A stretch of 64,000 bases of DNA from an uncultured virus (IMG/VR IMGVR_UViG_3300033562_000771) (IMGVR_UViG_3300033562_000771:62001-126000), one strand, 5' to 3'; shown: positions 28,493 to 38,251, numbered from the stretch's first letter. Notes: generated by a model from the sequence alone, not told the origin. Program-made: numbers and translations.

Positions 28493-29347
28493 CTATAGAC
28501 CATGTTCGTAGGTCATCCCTAGAGCTATACAGGCTTGGTATGCTTTTTCAACTGCAAGATCATGTTCTTTGGACCCCTGTGGGGTTACAAAAACGGACCC
28601 CATATATCTGTCCTGGTTAGCTACCGCCCTATTATAGGCATCCAGGGCTTGTTTCTGTGCGGGAGTTTTTCTAATTGCAGCAGTCTTACCCACAACTTGG
28701 AATATTTGATTAGCGTGTTTTGCCATCAGGAATTCTGTGGTATCCAGTTCGGCATACCTATTTGTGCTAATTTCATCAACGCATATAGAACCTGGGAGAG
28801 GGTTTTCTGCGTCTAGTCCGTTTTCATCTGCTTTCTCAAGAACGAAATCCTGCATGGCGTTTATCATCCTAGGAGTTAACTGCCAAACACTAAAGTTATT
28901 ATTAATCACATGGGCGGCTTTAAAATACTTAGAGTAAAACAGCCGGATATCCTTGTTAAACTCGTCCCACTGCCCAGGCGGAAAAGCTTCCTCCCCAACA
29001 GTCACGGGGATATGATAATTATAGTAAAGATCCGACATTTCAGCATTATCTAACGTAAAATCATCCGGATCAGTTCCTCTAAAGAAGTTGCTATAACCTT
29101 CGATAGCCCCAGGGTATTCCTCGGGGTATTTTTCCTTTACTTTTTGAAAGTATTTAATGAAAGCATTTTCAAGCTGGGTTGAGAAGTGGTTAAAGATATT
29201 CTCCACGGCAATCTGCTCGTGCCCACGATCCCCAGTATCCCCATCAGCAAACTCAGCTTCGCCACTTTCGTGTAGCCAGTATTCCCCAAAAATCCAAGAT
29301 TTCCACCCCCTATAATCTGAAGTTAACAACTTAGACACTTTTAGCAT
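28493..29347 (-). CDS. Hypothetical protein with MLKVS leader
   Basis: Starts MLKVSKLLTS; internal GKTAA. Confidence 0.7.
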   Translation of the reverse strand: MLKVSKLLTSDYRGWKSWIFGEYWLHESGEAEFADGDTGDRGHEQIAVENIFNHFSTQLENAFIKYFQKVKEKYPEEYPGAIEGYSNFFRGTDPDDFTLDNAEMSDLYYNYHIPVTVGEEAFPPGQWDEFNKDIRLFYSKYFKAAHVINNNFSVWQLTPRMINAMQDFVLEKADENGLDAENPLPGSICVDEISTNRYAELDTTEFLMAKHANQIFQVVGKTAAIRKTPAQKQALDAYNRAVANQDRYMGSVFVTPQGSKEHDLAVEKAYQACIALGMTYEHGL

Positions 29348-29410
29348 GGATGCCTCTTGTATGCCGATTTTTAGTTTGATTTGTGACCCCAGAATCTCTC
29401 AAGTATTTTT

Positions 29411-29498
29411 TGGCGGAAGGCAACGAAATCGAATCGTAATGCTTTAACACATCCACTCGCTTTCCAGGCGAGGCCAGTCCCAGACCGGATTACCTTCC
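29411..29498 (-). tRNA. trnS: tRNA-Ser(GGA), 8/4 fold
   Basis: 8-bp acceptor GGAAGGTA/TGCCTTCC, 4-bp T stem, 6-bp D stem. Confidence 0.8.
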
Positions 29499-29760
29499 TA
29501 TAAAAGACATTATAATGTATTTAACTTATGTCTGAAATAAAACATCGTTTCAATACTTGTAGTAGGTTTAAAGAAAAACGTAGTTCTTTTAGGTCCCACA
29601 GATACCTTAAAACAACAATCTGAAAAGAGATCTCTCAGATCTTTCTCGGAATGCCCTCTAAAAGAGCTGCCATCATCTGAGGTTGTAAAAAAATGATACG
29701 CATACCCAGAGTCTGTTTTAAACATTTGTAATAGGTCTAATTCTGGTAGAAGGGGATTCA

Positions 29761-29946
29761 CTAAACCTCCGAAAGACACATGAACTTCTCATAGAACTCA
29801 GACTCTTCCCTAACGTAAATAGTGTGTTCGTCATCGTCTGGACAATAGATAACTACCAGAGCACCTTCTCGTATGTTAGTGCAATCTACTCCAGTAGCTA
29901 GGTATCGGTATATAGCACCTGTTTTTAAGTGTTTATAATAAAGCAT
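29761..29946 (-). CDS. DUF1653-like protein
   Basis: YKHLKTGAIY...VVIY...IYVRE..EF..KF. Confidence 0.65.
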   Translation of the reverse strand: MLYYKHLKTGAIYRYLATGVDCTNIREGALVVIYCPDDDEHTIYVREESEFYEKFMCLSEV

Positions 29947-29982
29947 TGTATCGTCCTTGAGTATTGTATTTATTATTTGAGG

Positions 29983-30504
29983 TCAGGCATCCTTGACTAA
30001 TCTAGCTAACTTAGCAGAGTCAGTTTGAGTGCTCAGCCGATCCTTTACAATCTTAGTGACAAGACCCCATGATTCGGGACCCGTAAAGGTGATAACCTCC
30101 CCACCAAACTCAGCGGCACCATTCCATTCTGGATGATCGTCAACGAGTAAAGATTCGGGAGATCCTACCCCAGCTTTAGACCCAACAATAAGAGCGGTAC
30201 TAGCTAGCCATGGTAAATGCTCTTCTAGCCACGCCACTTTTTCAACCCTTGCAACACCTGCGAGAGAGGGGTCCGAATGGGGAACAGCAGAGAGAATTCT
30301 TAGCTGACCGGGGATCAAACGTTCTAGTTCATCAACCGCAGCAAGAGCACCTGGGAGGGGCTCCAGATTTTTAAAAAAGTAAGGGGTTCGCATACACTCC
30401 CTGACTTCTTCTCGCTCAGCGGGGAAGTGCCCAACCATCTGAGCTACACGGCCATCAAAGTCAGCAATGACGCCATCAAGATCAAGGAAGAGTGTCCAAC
30501 TCAT
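29983..30504 (-). CDS. HAD-family 5'(3')-deoxyribonucleotidase (NT5C-like)
   Basis: LFLDLDGVIADF...FF..LEP.PGA...EK..WL..H...LVDD. Confidence 0.85.
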   Translation of the reverse strand: MSWTLFLDLDGVIADFDGRVAQMVGHFPAEREEVRECMRTPYFFKNLEPLPGALAAVDELERLIPGQLRILSAVPHSDPSLAGVARVEKVAWLEEHLPWLASTALIVGSKAGVGSPESLLVDDHPEWNGAAEFGGEVITFTGPESWGLVTKIVKDRLSTQTDSAKLARLVKDA

Positions 30505-30563
30505 TTGTACTCCAGCAATAATAGTAATACCGAAAGTTAAATCAAAGAAGCTAGAAATAGCTT

Positions 30564-30650
30564 TGGCGGTAGAGATAGGATTCGAACCTACAACCCCCTT
30601 ACAGGAGCGACTGTTTTCGAAACAGTTTGCCGACCACTGGCCACTCTACC
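30564..30650 (-). tRNA. trnS: tRNA-Ser(CGA)
   Basis: actgt TT CGA AA acagt; long V arm. Confidence 0.88.
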
Positions 30651-30940
30651 ATATGCGGATGATGCAAAAGGGGGGACCCCGTCTTTGCACCTACAGCCCT
30701 AGTGGTCTGGATATATAACACTAGGAGGGAGCCGCATTCTTGACTAAGTCTTGCCGTTTACCAGGGGTTTTGCTCCTACCTGACTGCACAAGCCTTCATC
30801 AAAAACTTCATCCTGCGAAAACAGCCACCCTGTTTAAACCACACAAACTGTATGGACTGTTCTCGCTTCGGTGCATTACAATGTAAAACACTCCAGGTGG
30901 GACACACCTGATAACCCCACGGTGTGATTTCAGCTAGGGG

Positions 30941-31567
30941 TTAAACTTTACCGTTAGCCGCATCACGCTGGCTATCTGAAAACGACACACTAGTCCCCAT
31001 AGAACGCACCTTCAATACGCTATCGGACACAACAGAATAGGTTGCCCCCACGGAACAGGCATCATAGGTCATGGAACTACCCTTAGCAATGCCTAAGTGA
31101 CCTCCAACCTTAATGGCGTCCTGATTGGCTCCCAGATAAATAACGGTCCAACCATAGACCTCCTGCTGATGCTCAAGCATACTCTTAATGGTATCCAGAG
31201 TATATTCCTGGCTGGCGTTTTCTTCCCCATCAGTCATAATAACAAATATGACATGCTCGGGACGTTTGTCTTCATCCATTTCGGTATATCTAGCGCCTCT
31301 AGCTTCAACTGTGCGACCAATTGCATCGAGAAGAGCAGTATTCCCTCTGGGAATGAGCACGAGAGGGGGGGCCGCAGCTAGCGGGGTATCCTCGTAAACA
31401 ACTTCATACTTATTATCGAACTGATAGAGATTGACTGTGCATTCGCCATCTACCTTTTTTTGTTCTTCAAGGAAAGTATTAAAGCCGCCCTCGGTATCCG
31501 CTTTGATCCGTGACATGGACCCACTACGGTCTAGAATAAACGTAATATCTGTCAACCCTGCTTGCAT
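30941..31567 (-). CDS. vWA domain protein
   Basis: FILDRSGSM...T.LLDAIG...IMTDGEENAS...YLGANQDA; start MQAGL. Confidence 0.85.
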   Translation of the reverse strand: MQAGLTDITFILDRSGSMSRIKADTEGGFNTFLEEQKKVDGECTVNLYQFDNKYEVVYEDTPLAAAPPLVLIPRGNTALLDAIGRTVEARGARYTEMDEDKRPEHVIFVIMTDGEENASQEYTLDTIKSMLEHQQEVYGWTVIYLGANQDAIKVGGHLGIAKGSSMTYDACSVGATYSVVSDSVLKVRSMGTSVSFSDSQRDAANGKV

Positions 31568-31654
31568 GTAATGCCTCCTGAGAATACATACCAACAAGAA
31601 TATTGATATATAAGCAAAATTGTTGCTTACATCTATAGCAGTACTAGTAAAATC

Positions 31655-31730
31655 TGGTGGGATGAGAGGGATTTGAACCCCCAGCCTCTTCCGTGTAAAG
31701 GAAGCCATCTACCATTGATGTTATCACCCC
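31655..31730 (-). tRNA. trnV: tRNA-Val(TAC)
   Basis: cttcc TT TAC AC ggaag. Confidence 0.85.
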
Positions 31731-31746
31731 ATAACTAACGAGGGAT

Positions 31747-32121
31747 TTAGAAATCCCCCCAAGTGCCAGCATCATCATAATCGGGTTCATGAGCTGACGC
31801 AAACTGCGATTCCCAACTAGGGAGGTCTACCTGTTCTCGAATCTGTTCGTCACATAGATTCTCTTCCCAAACTGTTTTCCCAAGCTCATTGTATATGGAT
31901 AAGGAGGGGGTGTCTAACGTATACTCAAAATCTTCATCTGGAGTATACCAACAAGTACCTGCAAGTGGGAATTCTTTAGAACTCCCATCTGGTAGCAAGA
32001 TGGCCACATCCGCTGTAAAGTTCTCAGTTGGGTATTCCCAGCCAGACCCAGTATCAGGACCGTTAATCCAGGACGGATCGCGTAGAGCTATATGGGATAA
32101 AAGTCTGGAAACTTTTAACAT
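31747..32121 (-). CDS. Acidic protein with MLKVS leader
   Basis: Likely start MLKVSRLLSHIA with GAGG SD. Confidence 0.65.
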   Translation of the reverse strand: MLKVSRLLSHIALRDPSWINGPDTGSGWEYPTENFTADVAILLPDGSSKEFPLAGTCWYTPDEDFEYTLDTPSLSIYNELGKTVWEENLCDEQIREQVDLPSWESQFASAHEPDYDDAGTWGDF

Positions 32122-32122
32122 A

Positions 32123-32851
32123 CTAATTACCTCTAGTAAAAGATTTCTTCTTATTCCACAATTTCTTGAGCAACACAACTAACCAAGCGCCAACTGCGGC
32201 CCCAACTGCTGATAGAAACTTCCCACTGTGTTCACGTAGAAAGGTTTTAATAGATACATAGACAGATTGTTTATTAACCTCAACCAAGATATCCCGATGC
32301 AACTCAGGAAGACCTATACCTGGGGTATTCAGCTCCAATTGAGCCTTAACGAAGTATGTAAGTTTTTTCTGCCCTCGACTTAGAGGGGTCACGCTAAAAT
32401 ATGCGGTTGATGAAGGGATCCCCGCAGTAGGTGCCTCAATAACTTGCTGTTGAGGAGTTATAATGAATTGATCCACTGGATCACCCTGAAGGACTATCGA
32501 GTATGCTACCGCTTGAGGGATTAAATCGGTTTGTTCCAACGTCCCCACCTTCTTAACTAGAGCATCGCCAAAGGTTATTGATACAGTAGCGGGGATACCT
32601 CTATAAAAATGATCAGGATGTCGGGCGTGAACTGGAATGGGCTCAGAGGCATGGCTCTCTACACGAGGGGTCACTACACGCTTAAGGTGTTTCTTGGGCA
32701 CCATCTGGGCCTTCATAACCATTTGCTCTGGCTCTTTCGGGGGTGCCACTTGTGCAGAATACACAGATATATTTGAAGAGTCTTCAGGGGAGTAGCAACT
32801 AATAACTGTAAAAGAAAGACTTATTAATATAACCAGTTTAAGAATCATCAC
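32123..32851 (-). CDS. Putative lipoprotein/membrane protein
   Basis: Lipobox-like VISC; C-terminal TM segment. Confidence 0.55.
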   Translation of the reverse strand: MMILKLVILISLSFTVISCYSPEDSSNISVYSAQVAPPKEPEQMVMKAQMVPKKHLKRVVTPRVESHASEPIPVHARHPDHFYRGIPATVSITFGDALVKKVGTLEQTDLIPQAVAYSIVLQGDPVDQFIITPQQQVIEAPTAGIPSSTAYFSVTPLSRGQKKLTYFVKAQLELNTPGIGLPELHRDILVEVNKQSVYVSIKTFLREHSGKFLSAVGAAVGAWLVVLLKKLWNKKKSFTRGN

Positions 32852-32893
32852 GAAGACCCCTTTTTAAAAGAACTCTTTAGTTAAGAGGTGTGT

Positions 32894-33364
32894 ATGCTTA
32901 AAATAAGCAAAATTCTGAGTGGGTCTACTAAAAAGTCCATGACGGACTCCCTTACGACACTCCTAACTGGACTTCTCCAAAAGAAAGGGGTTCTATCAGA
33001 TGACTATCAGACCCTTGTATCAGCTATTGGGGACGCACTCTACGAAGTAGACCAGATGGTCCAGGACGGGGAGGCAGTAACATTTCCCAACGGAAACCGA
33101 TATGTAAAACACGATTTCCGTAAGCAAGGATCTATTTGGCACCTGTATGGAGATGAGGATGAGTCTCCCCGTGACTGGGATGATGATGATGACTTTGCAG
33201 ATCCAGGCGGGAATAGTTCCCTCAGGGCTGGAGATCGAGTATACCCATGCCCAACATGCGGAAAAGAAAACTCGTTAACAGCGGGAGATGTTCGCAGAGG
33301 CTACCAGTGCGACAGGTGCGCCGATAGAGACGAAGGCCGGGGGTATGGCCGAGAGGAATACTAG
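32894..33364 (+). CDS. Protein with MLKIS leader and C-terminal Zn ribbon
   Basis: MLKISKILSGS; CPTCG...CDRC; GAGGT SD. Confidence 0.65.
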   Translation: MLKISKILSGSTKKSMTDSLTTLLTGLLQKKGVLSDDYQTLVSAIGDALYEVDQMVQDGEAVTFPNGNRYVKHDFRKQGSIWHLYGDEDESPRDWDDDDDFADPGGNSSLRAGDRVYPCPTCGKENSLTAGDVRRGYQCDRCADRDEGRGYGREEY

Positions 33365-33365
33365 A

Positions 33366-33749
33366 ATGATCAGAACAAGTAAATTAACCATTAGTTCGGA
33401 TATGTTCACTGCAATAAACGGTAAGCAATACCGTATTGATCTCCTGGGCGCAGGCTATAAGTGTGATGCAATGAAGGTTTACGGAGAAAGAACCCGTAAG
33501 ACTTGTGAAAATGCAATTAACAGGAAACTTAAGAAGCAGGAGACCAAGACAGGGTCAGTAGATGACCCTGGTTTTGGTATTCTTAGACTCTCGCAGATAA
33601 AGGCTAAGGCTAAATCCTATATGACTGAAATGTTAGCCCGTGCTGAAAAAGATGACTGGAACAACGTCCCATATTTCGCATACAAGAATGGAGTGCTCCG
33701 GGCACTCATAGAAGCCATTGTCAAACATGAACAGGGTTCAGCAACCTAG
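33366..33749 (+). CDS. Hypothetical protein (possible degenerate leader MIRTSKL)
   Basis: ATG 1 nt after the upstream stop; hairpin plus T-run downstream. Confidence 0.55.
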   Translation: MIRTSKLTISSDMFTAINGKQYRIDLLGAGYKCDAMKVYGERTRKTCENAINRKLKKQETKTGSVDDPGFGILRLSQIKAKAKSYMTEMLARAEKDDWNNVPYFAYKNGVLRALIEAIVKHEQGSAT

Positions 33750-33803
33750 AGACCTTTAGAGAAGACCCACAGAAACCCTATTACAGCTATTTCTGTGGGT
33801 TTT

Positions 33804-33899
33804 TGGCGGAGGTGACAGGGGTCGAACCTGCACAGGACATTACTCATGCCCCGACCAGTTTTCAAGACTGGGCCGATACCAATTTCGGTTAACACCTCC
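33804..33899 (-). tRNA. trnS: tRNA-Ser(TGA)
   Basis: ccagt CT TGA AA actgg. Confidence 0.88.
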
Positions 33900-34492
33900 A
33901 AGGTATTACATAAAGAATCTAAAATTCAAGTGTGCTCAGGCATTATTGACTTCTTCCAAGCTTTTTTAATTGCCGGGACCATCCACTCCGCACCCATATT
34001 AGAGAAAGTGCGGTCAAACATAGATACAAACCCATCGTCTCCAGCTTTAAAAACAAAATACACCCATAGATGTCTCCCGAGAGTATCCTTTAAACAAATG
34101 GCAGAACTCTGCGAGTCTGTATCGTGACTAACAGATACAGACTCTCCGTTTAGCAACAGAGTAGGTCCATCCGTAAAAAAGGACCTGGGGATCTTTAGTT
34201 TGGTTGTCCAAGATTCGCTCAAAATATCTCCACAAACAGCTTATTAGAGATACAACAAAGTTATTTGAGAGCTTTAAGCTGCTCCAAAACATATTCAACT
34301 TGCTTGATTCGTTCACGTATTAATTGAACCCCACCCATGTTCTCAGTTTTTAGGAGAGAAACCCGTTCAGCATGTAGCGAGTCAGAATACGCCGTTATAT
34401 ACTTGATAACCTCTACTAACAAAGCTTGATCCATGATCTGCCTCATCAATATAGGGTCTAATTTAGGATGACTTCCTAAAAAGGAAATACTT

Positions 34493-34567
34493 TGGTTGGG
34501 ATGCTCCGATTTGAACGGAGAAAGACAGATTCAGAGTCTGTCGGTTTACCAATTAGCCTACATCCCA
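34493..34567 (-). tRNA. trnQ: tRNA-Gln(CTG)
   Basis: acaga CT CTG AA tctgt. Confidence 0.88.
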
Positions 34568-34633
34568 ATGGAATTAATAATTGCGGTAGAGTTCTCCAGG
34601 GCAACTGATTCGTAAGAACTGCATGAATACTAC

Positions 34634-35557
34634 CTATAAACGTGCTAAGAGTTCGTCCCTGGATACCGTAGAGGTTCCCAGCTTACCTACAGCAATTCCT
34701 GCTGCAACATTGGCAAGTTTAGCGGCCTCAATCCAGGAAGCTCCCACACCCAATGCTGCACTAAACGTTGCAATAACAGTATCACCTGCACCGCTAACAT
34801 CAAAAACCTCTTGCGCTACTGTGGGAATACTGTGACTAGAACCCCCTTCACAAACCAACATGCCATGCTCACCCCTAGTTATGAGCAATCCCTTTAGCCC
34901 TAACTCATCAATTAAATAATGACCTTCCTGCTCTAAAGGACCCTTCCCACACATACCCAACATTTCACTCATATTAGGAGTTAAGGCTGTTGCCCCCCGA
35001 TAAAATTCCTTATGAATTGGCTTGGGGTCAACCACCCAAGGAACCCCGCAACATCGAATAAGCCCAAGAACCTCTTGGTTAACAACACCTTTTGCATAAT
35101 CCGAAACAATTACTGCACATGGTGACCCCTTTAAAGCTGCTAAAATACCCTCACGAACCCTACGATTGAGGGAGTCCCCATGAGGAAATGTGTCCTCCTC
35201 ATCAATACGCAACATTTGCTGCTGATGACCTATAACCCTTGTCTTTACAGTAGTGGGCTTATGTGAAGTTACCAGGGTATGCTCAATCCCATGTTCTTCA
35301 AGCATGGCTTTTAACTGTAAACCCGCTTTATCAAATTGACAGATACCAATTAGAGTGGGATTAGCGCCGAGCGCGGCAAGACCAGCAGCTACATTAGCAG
35401 CACCACCTAATGAGTAGACTCGGCGCAACACGCGAACAATAGGGACGGGAGCCTCTGGGCTTATTCGAGTGACTTCCCCATAGACGTATTCATCTAGCAT
35501 TAAGTCGCCAAGAACTAAAACCTTCTTACCCTGAAGTTTATCAAGCACATGCTTCAT
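34634..35557 (-). CDS. rfaE1: D-glycero-D-manno-heptose-7-phosphate kinase (HldE/RfaE kinase domain)
   Basis: GDLMLDEY.YG...RISPEAPVP; GGAANVA; SDYAKG; DVSGAGDTV. Confidence 0.92.
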   Translation of the reverse strand: MKHVLDKLQGKKVLVLGDLMLDEYVYGEVTRISPEAPVPIVRVLRRVYSLGGAANVAAGLAALGANPTLIGICQFDKAGLQLKAMLEEHGIEHTLVTSHKPTTVKTRVIGHQQQMLRIDEEDTFPHGDSLNRRVREGILAALKGSPCAVIVSDYAKGVVNQEVLGLIRCCGVPWVVDPKPIHKEFYRGATALTPNMSEMLGMCGKGPLEQEGHYLIDELGLKGLLITRGEHGMLVCEGGSSHSIPTVAQEVFDVSGAGDTVIATFSAALGVGASWIEAAKLANVAAGIAVGKLGTSTVSRDELLARL

Positions 35558-35837
35558 GGAAATCCTCCTATAAACATACAGGAAGATTTTTAGTGAGTCT
35601 TAGCCGATTCTAAAAGATCCACATGCTTGCGGATATATCTCATAAAAAGAATGGCTTTGTCTTCAGACTTAAGCAGGGCGGTCCCTACCTCGGAAAGGGG
35701 ACTGGGAACTCAAACCCACAATCTGTGACATACCACATATCCCCATCCCGATACCAAGAAAAACGGACCTTTTTACCTTTATCAACTAAACTCTTTATGG
35801 AGATCATGGATCACCTTTTAAATTATACGGGTATTGA

Positions 35838-35913
35838 TGGTGGATCTGACGGGGATCGAACCCGCCTAATCTCCCGTGCGAGGGGAGTGCCTCCCCATTG
35901 AGGCGTCAGACCC
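35838..35913 (-). tRNA. trnA: tRNA-Ala(CGC)
   Basis: ctccc CT CGC AC gggag; G3.U70. Confidence 0.85.
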
Positions 35914-36003
35914 GTAAATGAAATTCTATAAACCCGGCCTCCCTGCCCGAAATACAGCGCAGCAATAGCGCTGTATCCTTTGTGTGGGTCGCAGCCGGGT
36001 CAT

Positions 36004-36079
36004 TGGTGGAACCTACGGGAGTCGAACCCGTCACCTCTTCCATGCCGAGGAAGCGCTCTCCCATATGAGCTAAGGCCCC
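36004..36079 (-). tRNA. trnA: tRNA-Ala(GGC)
   Basis: cttcc TC GGC AT ggaag. Confidence 0.88.
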
Positions 36080-36184
36080 AATTAATTAGTTTGTATCTAG
36101 ATTACACACGGCGTGGTGCGGTAATGCAAGGCGTGGCGTGGTAAGGTAGGGAATAAAGAGGGTCTTCTGGACCCTCTTAGTTAT

Positions 36185-36262
36185 TGGTCCTCGCAAGTGG
36201 ATTTGAACCACTGACCTAACGCTTATCAGGCGTTCGCTCATACCAGACTGAGCTATGCGAGG
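36185..36262 (-). tRNA. trnI: tRNA-Ile(GAT)
   Basis: aacgc CT GAT AA gcgtt. Confidence 0.88.
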
Positions 36263-36265
36263 ATT

Positions 36266-36341
36266 TGGTGCGCCCGACCAGACTTGAACTGGTAACCCTT
36301 CGGTTAAAAGCCGAATGCTCTGCCAATTGAGCTACGGGCGC
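36266..36341 (-). tRNA. trnK: tRNA-Lys(TTT)
   Basis: ttcgg CT TTT AA ccgaa. Confidence 0.9.
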
Positions 36342-36364
36342 ATGACTGTAATACAAACAATAAT

Positions 36365-36439
36365 TGGTAGCCCCACACGGACTCGAACCGTGATCTTCCG
36401 CTAATCGGGAGGAGGCCAAGGCCATTGGACGATGGGACC
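36365..36439 (-). pseudogene. tRNA-like gene with Glu-type body and scrambled anticodon arm
   Basis: Intact acceptor, T arm and CCA; arm tcctc CCGATTA gcgga is non-canonical. Confidence 0.55.
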
Positions 36440-36444
36440 ATAAA

Positions 36445-36523
36445 TGGCGGGAGAGACAGGAGTCGAACCTGCACTAAAACAACGGTTTTGGAGACCGTCT
36501 GCCATCCATTGGCACTCACTCCC
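36445..36523 (-). tRNA. trnW: tRNA-Trp(CCA)
   Basis: acggt CT CCA AA accgt; G73. Confidence 0.85.
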
Positions 36524-36528
36524 AGGTA

Positions 36529-37869
36529 TTAACCTAGCTTACAAACATACCGCACAGCGCCATACTCTTGATCTTTACGATCCTTAAAAGCACGGGCTCT
36601 ATTGCGATTCTTATAGATGTATTTCCCAACAATCTCGCCCGTCTTAATATCTACTACATAGTAAGGCGTATTTGGATCGATCTCAGATGAGTATCGCATC
36701 TCTTCATTAGAAAATAACTGAGGCTGCTGCGCCACAACAGGCTTAACTGGCGCTGGTGTAAGAGAGTCCAAAAGTGGTTTAACATCTTCTAATGGTGTAA
36801 GATTAAAACCACGCTTTGATAACTCACTTCGCGTTAACGCAATAGCCTTCCCAAGCTCATACTTTGGATAAAAGCCTTTGAATATGTCACAGGCTGCACC
36901 GTTTGTCTCATCTGATTTAAAATTCGTGAGCGTTCTAGGGATATATGAAGCAGTCAAGTAATGACTTTTTGGATCCCACTTCCCTTTATTGGCTACAGAC
37001 TTAAGCTGATGTGGGTGGAAGACAAACCCAGTAAAGGAGCCATCCTTCTCGGGAAGAATTGCACCATCAAAACCCCTAGCTTTTAATTCCCCCAAACCAT
37101 ACTGATCGTATTCTTTCCATCCAGCGGGATTCTTAATGCAGGCGTAGAGTTCCATAATGACCCCACGACCCTGTGCGCCTACGTCACCAGCCTCTACTGA
37201 GGCCTTGTCAGAGGTAAACCAAATAATACCCTGCGTGGTTTTATTGAGATTAAAAGAATTGAACTTTTTGTCAGTGCCGTGAAAGACCCTGGCAGGCTTC
37301 CCAGCGGCATCTACAACCTTGGAGCCAGCGAACCACGCTTGGAACGCAGGAGACTCTGTGGGGTCCTCTAGGAGCTTGGAAACCTTAAGCATAGCAGTCC
37401 TGGGGAAGTATTCAGCGTAATTTGGATACTGAGCCTGCACATCTAAAGGAATCTGCTTCTTGGCTCTCACGGCATCCCTAATTAAACTAGAATGGGAGGG
37501 AATCCCTAGACTCTGACCGACCTCTACACGCTCCCTTTGAGAGATTAAAGGCTCGATCTGGTTGTGAAGACCCTCTGTTGCTTTCCAGATCCAACGATTG
37601 CCGAAACTATCAAGGGTATATCTTAACAGCGGATCCCCCGAGAAGTCATTTCCAATCTCAGATCTGATTTCATTTGCCATACCTCTATAGTCAGCACCCG
37701 TTGGATTACGAATAATCTCAATATCACCAACATAGAAAACCTCATGGGGAAGAGGTTTAATTTCACTTATGAGTCTATCGTAATCTTCACGAAGTAGCGT
37801 ATGGCCAGTCTCAAGAAGAGATTCTTTGGATGCACCGTCAGTTGAAAGAATCCTGGAAACCTTAAGCAT
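36529..37869 (-). CDS. Polyvalent protein with ART-PolyVal-like domain and two MLKVS leaders
   Basis: MLKVSRILST at start; MLKVSKLLE at Met 37392 followed by FQAWFAGSKVVD..GKP..VFHGT...GIIWFTSD. Confidence 0.75.
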   Translation of the reverse strand: MLKVSRILSTDGASKESLLETGHTLLREDYDRLISEIKPLPHEVFYVGDIEIIRNPTGADYRGMANEIRSEIGNDFSGDPLLRYTLDSFGNRWIWKATEGLHNQIEPLISQRERVEVGQSLGIPSHSSLIRDAVRAKKQIPLDVQAQYPNYAEYFPRTAMLKVSKLLEDPTESPAFQAWFAGSKVVDAAGKPARVFHGTDKKFNSFNLNKTTQGIIWFTSDKASVEAGDVGAQGRGVIMELYACIKNPAGWKEYDQYGLGELKARGFDGAILPEKDGSFTGFVFHPHQLKSVANKGKWDPKSHYLTASYIPRTLTNFKSDETNGAACDIFKGFYPKYELGKAIALTRSELSKRGFNLTPLEDVKPLLDSLTPAPVKPVVAQQPQLFSNEEMRYSSEIDPNTPYYVVDIKTGEIVGKYIYKNRNRARAFKDRKDQEYGAVRYVCKLG

Positions 37870-37898
37870 CTACACCTCTAATAAAAGAGGGAATAAAT

Positions 37899-37973
37899 TG
37901 GAGCGGGTGAAGGGATTTGAACCCTCGACTTCGACCTTGGCAAGGTCGCACTCTACCACTGAGTTACACCCGC
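37899..37973 (-). tRNA. trnG: tRNA-Gly(GCC)
   Basis: cgacc TT GCC AA ggtcg. Confidence 0.92.
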
Positions 37974-38170
37974 ATAGAAATATCTTGGTAGGAGTTGAAC
38001 CTACAATGTAAGGATTGCGTTGCACTACTACCCCACAGGTGGTTTCAGCCTTGAGTGCAGAACTGGGTATCTCTACTACCAGCCCATCCATGAAATATGA
38101 AAAAACATTCCAAATCATGTATAACCTTAGACCAACTAAAAGTTGATATTCTGGTATGGGACACTAAATA

Positions 38171-38247
38171 TGGAGTTCCGTGTCGGACCCGCCCCGACTA
38201 AGAGTGCTTTTGCAGAGCACCGCCTCGACTACTTCGGCATACGGAAC
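38171..38247 (-). tRNA. trnC: tRNA-Cys(GCA), atypical T loop
   Basis: gtgct CT GCA AA agcac; U73. Confidence 0.75.
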
Positions 38248-38251
38248 ATGA

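Noticed and set aside
36108..36150. NNNGG pentamer periodicity
   Set aside because: Too short and degenerate to interpret.
36365..36439. Possible ochre suppressor (TTA)
   Set aside because: It would require a G32/A33 loop and a mismatched stem; treated as degenerate.
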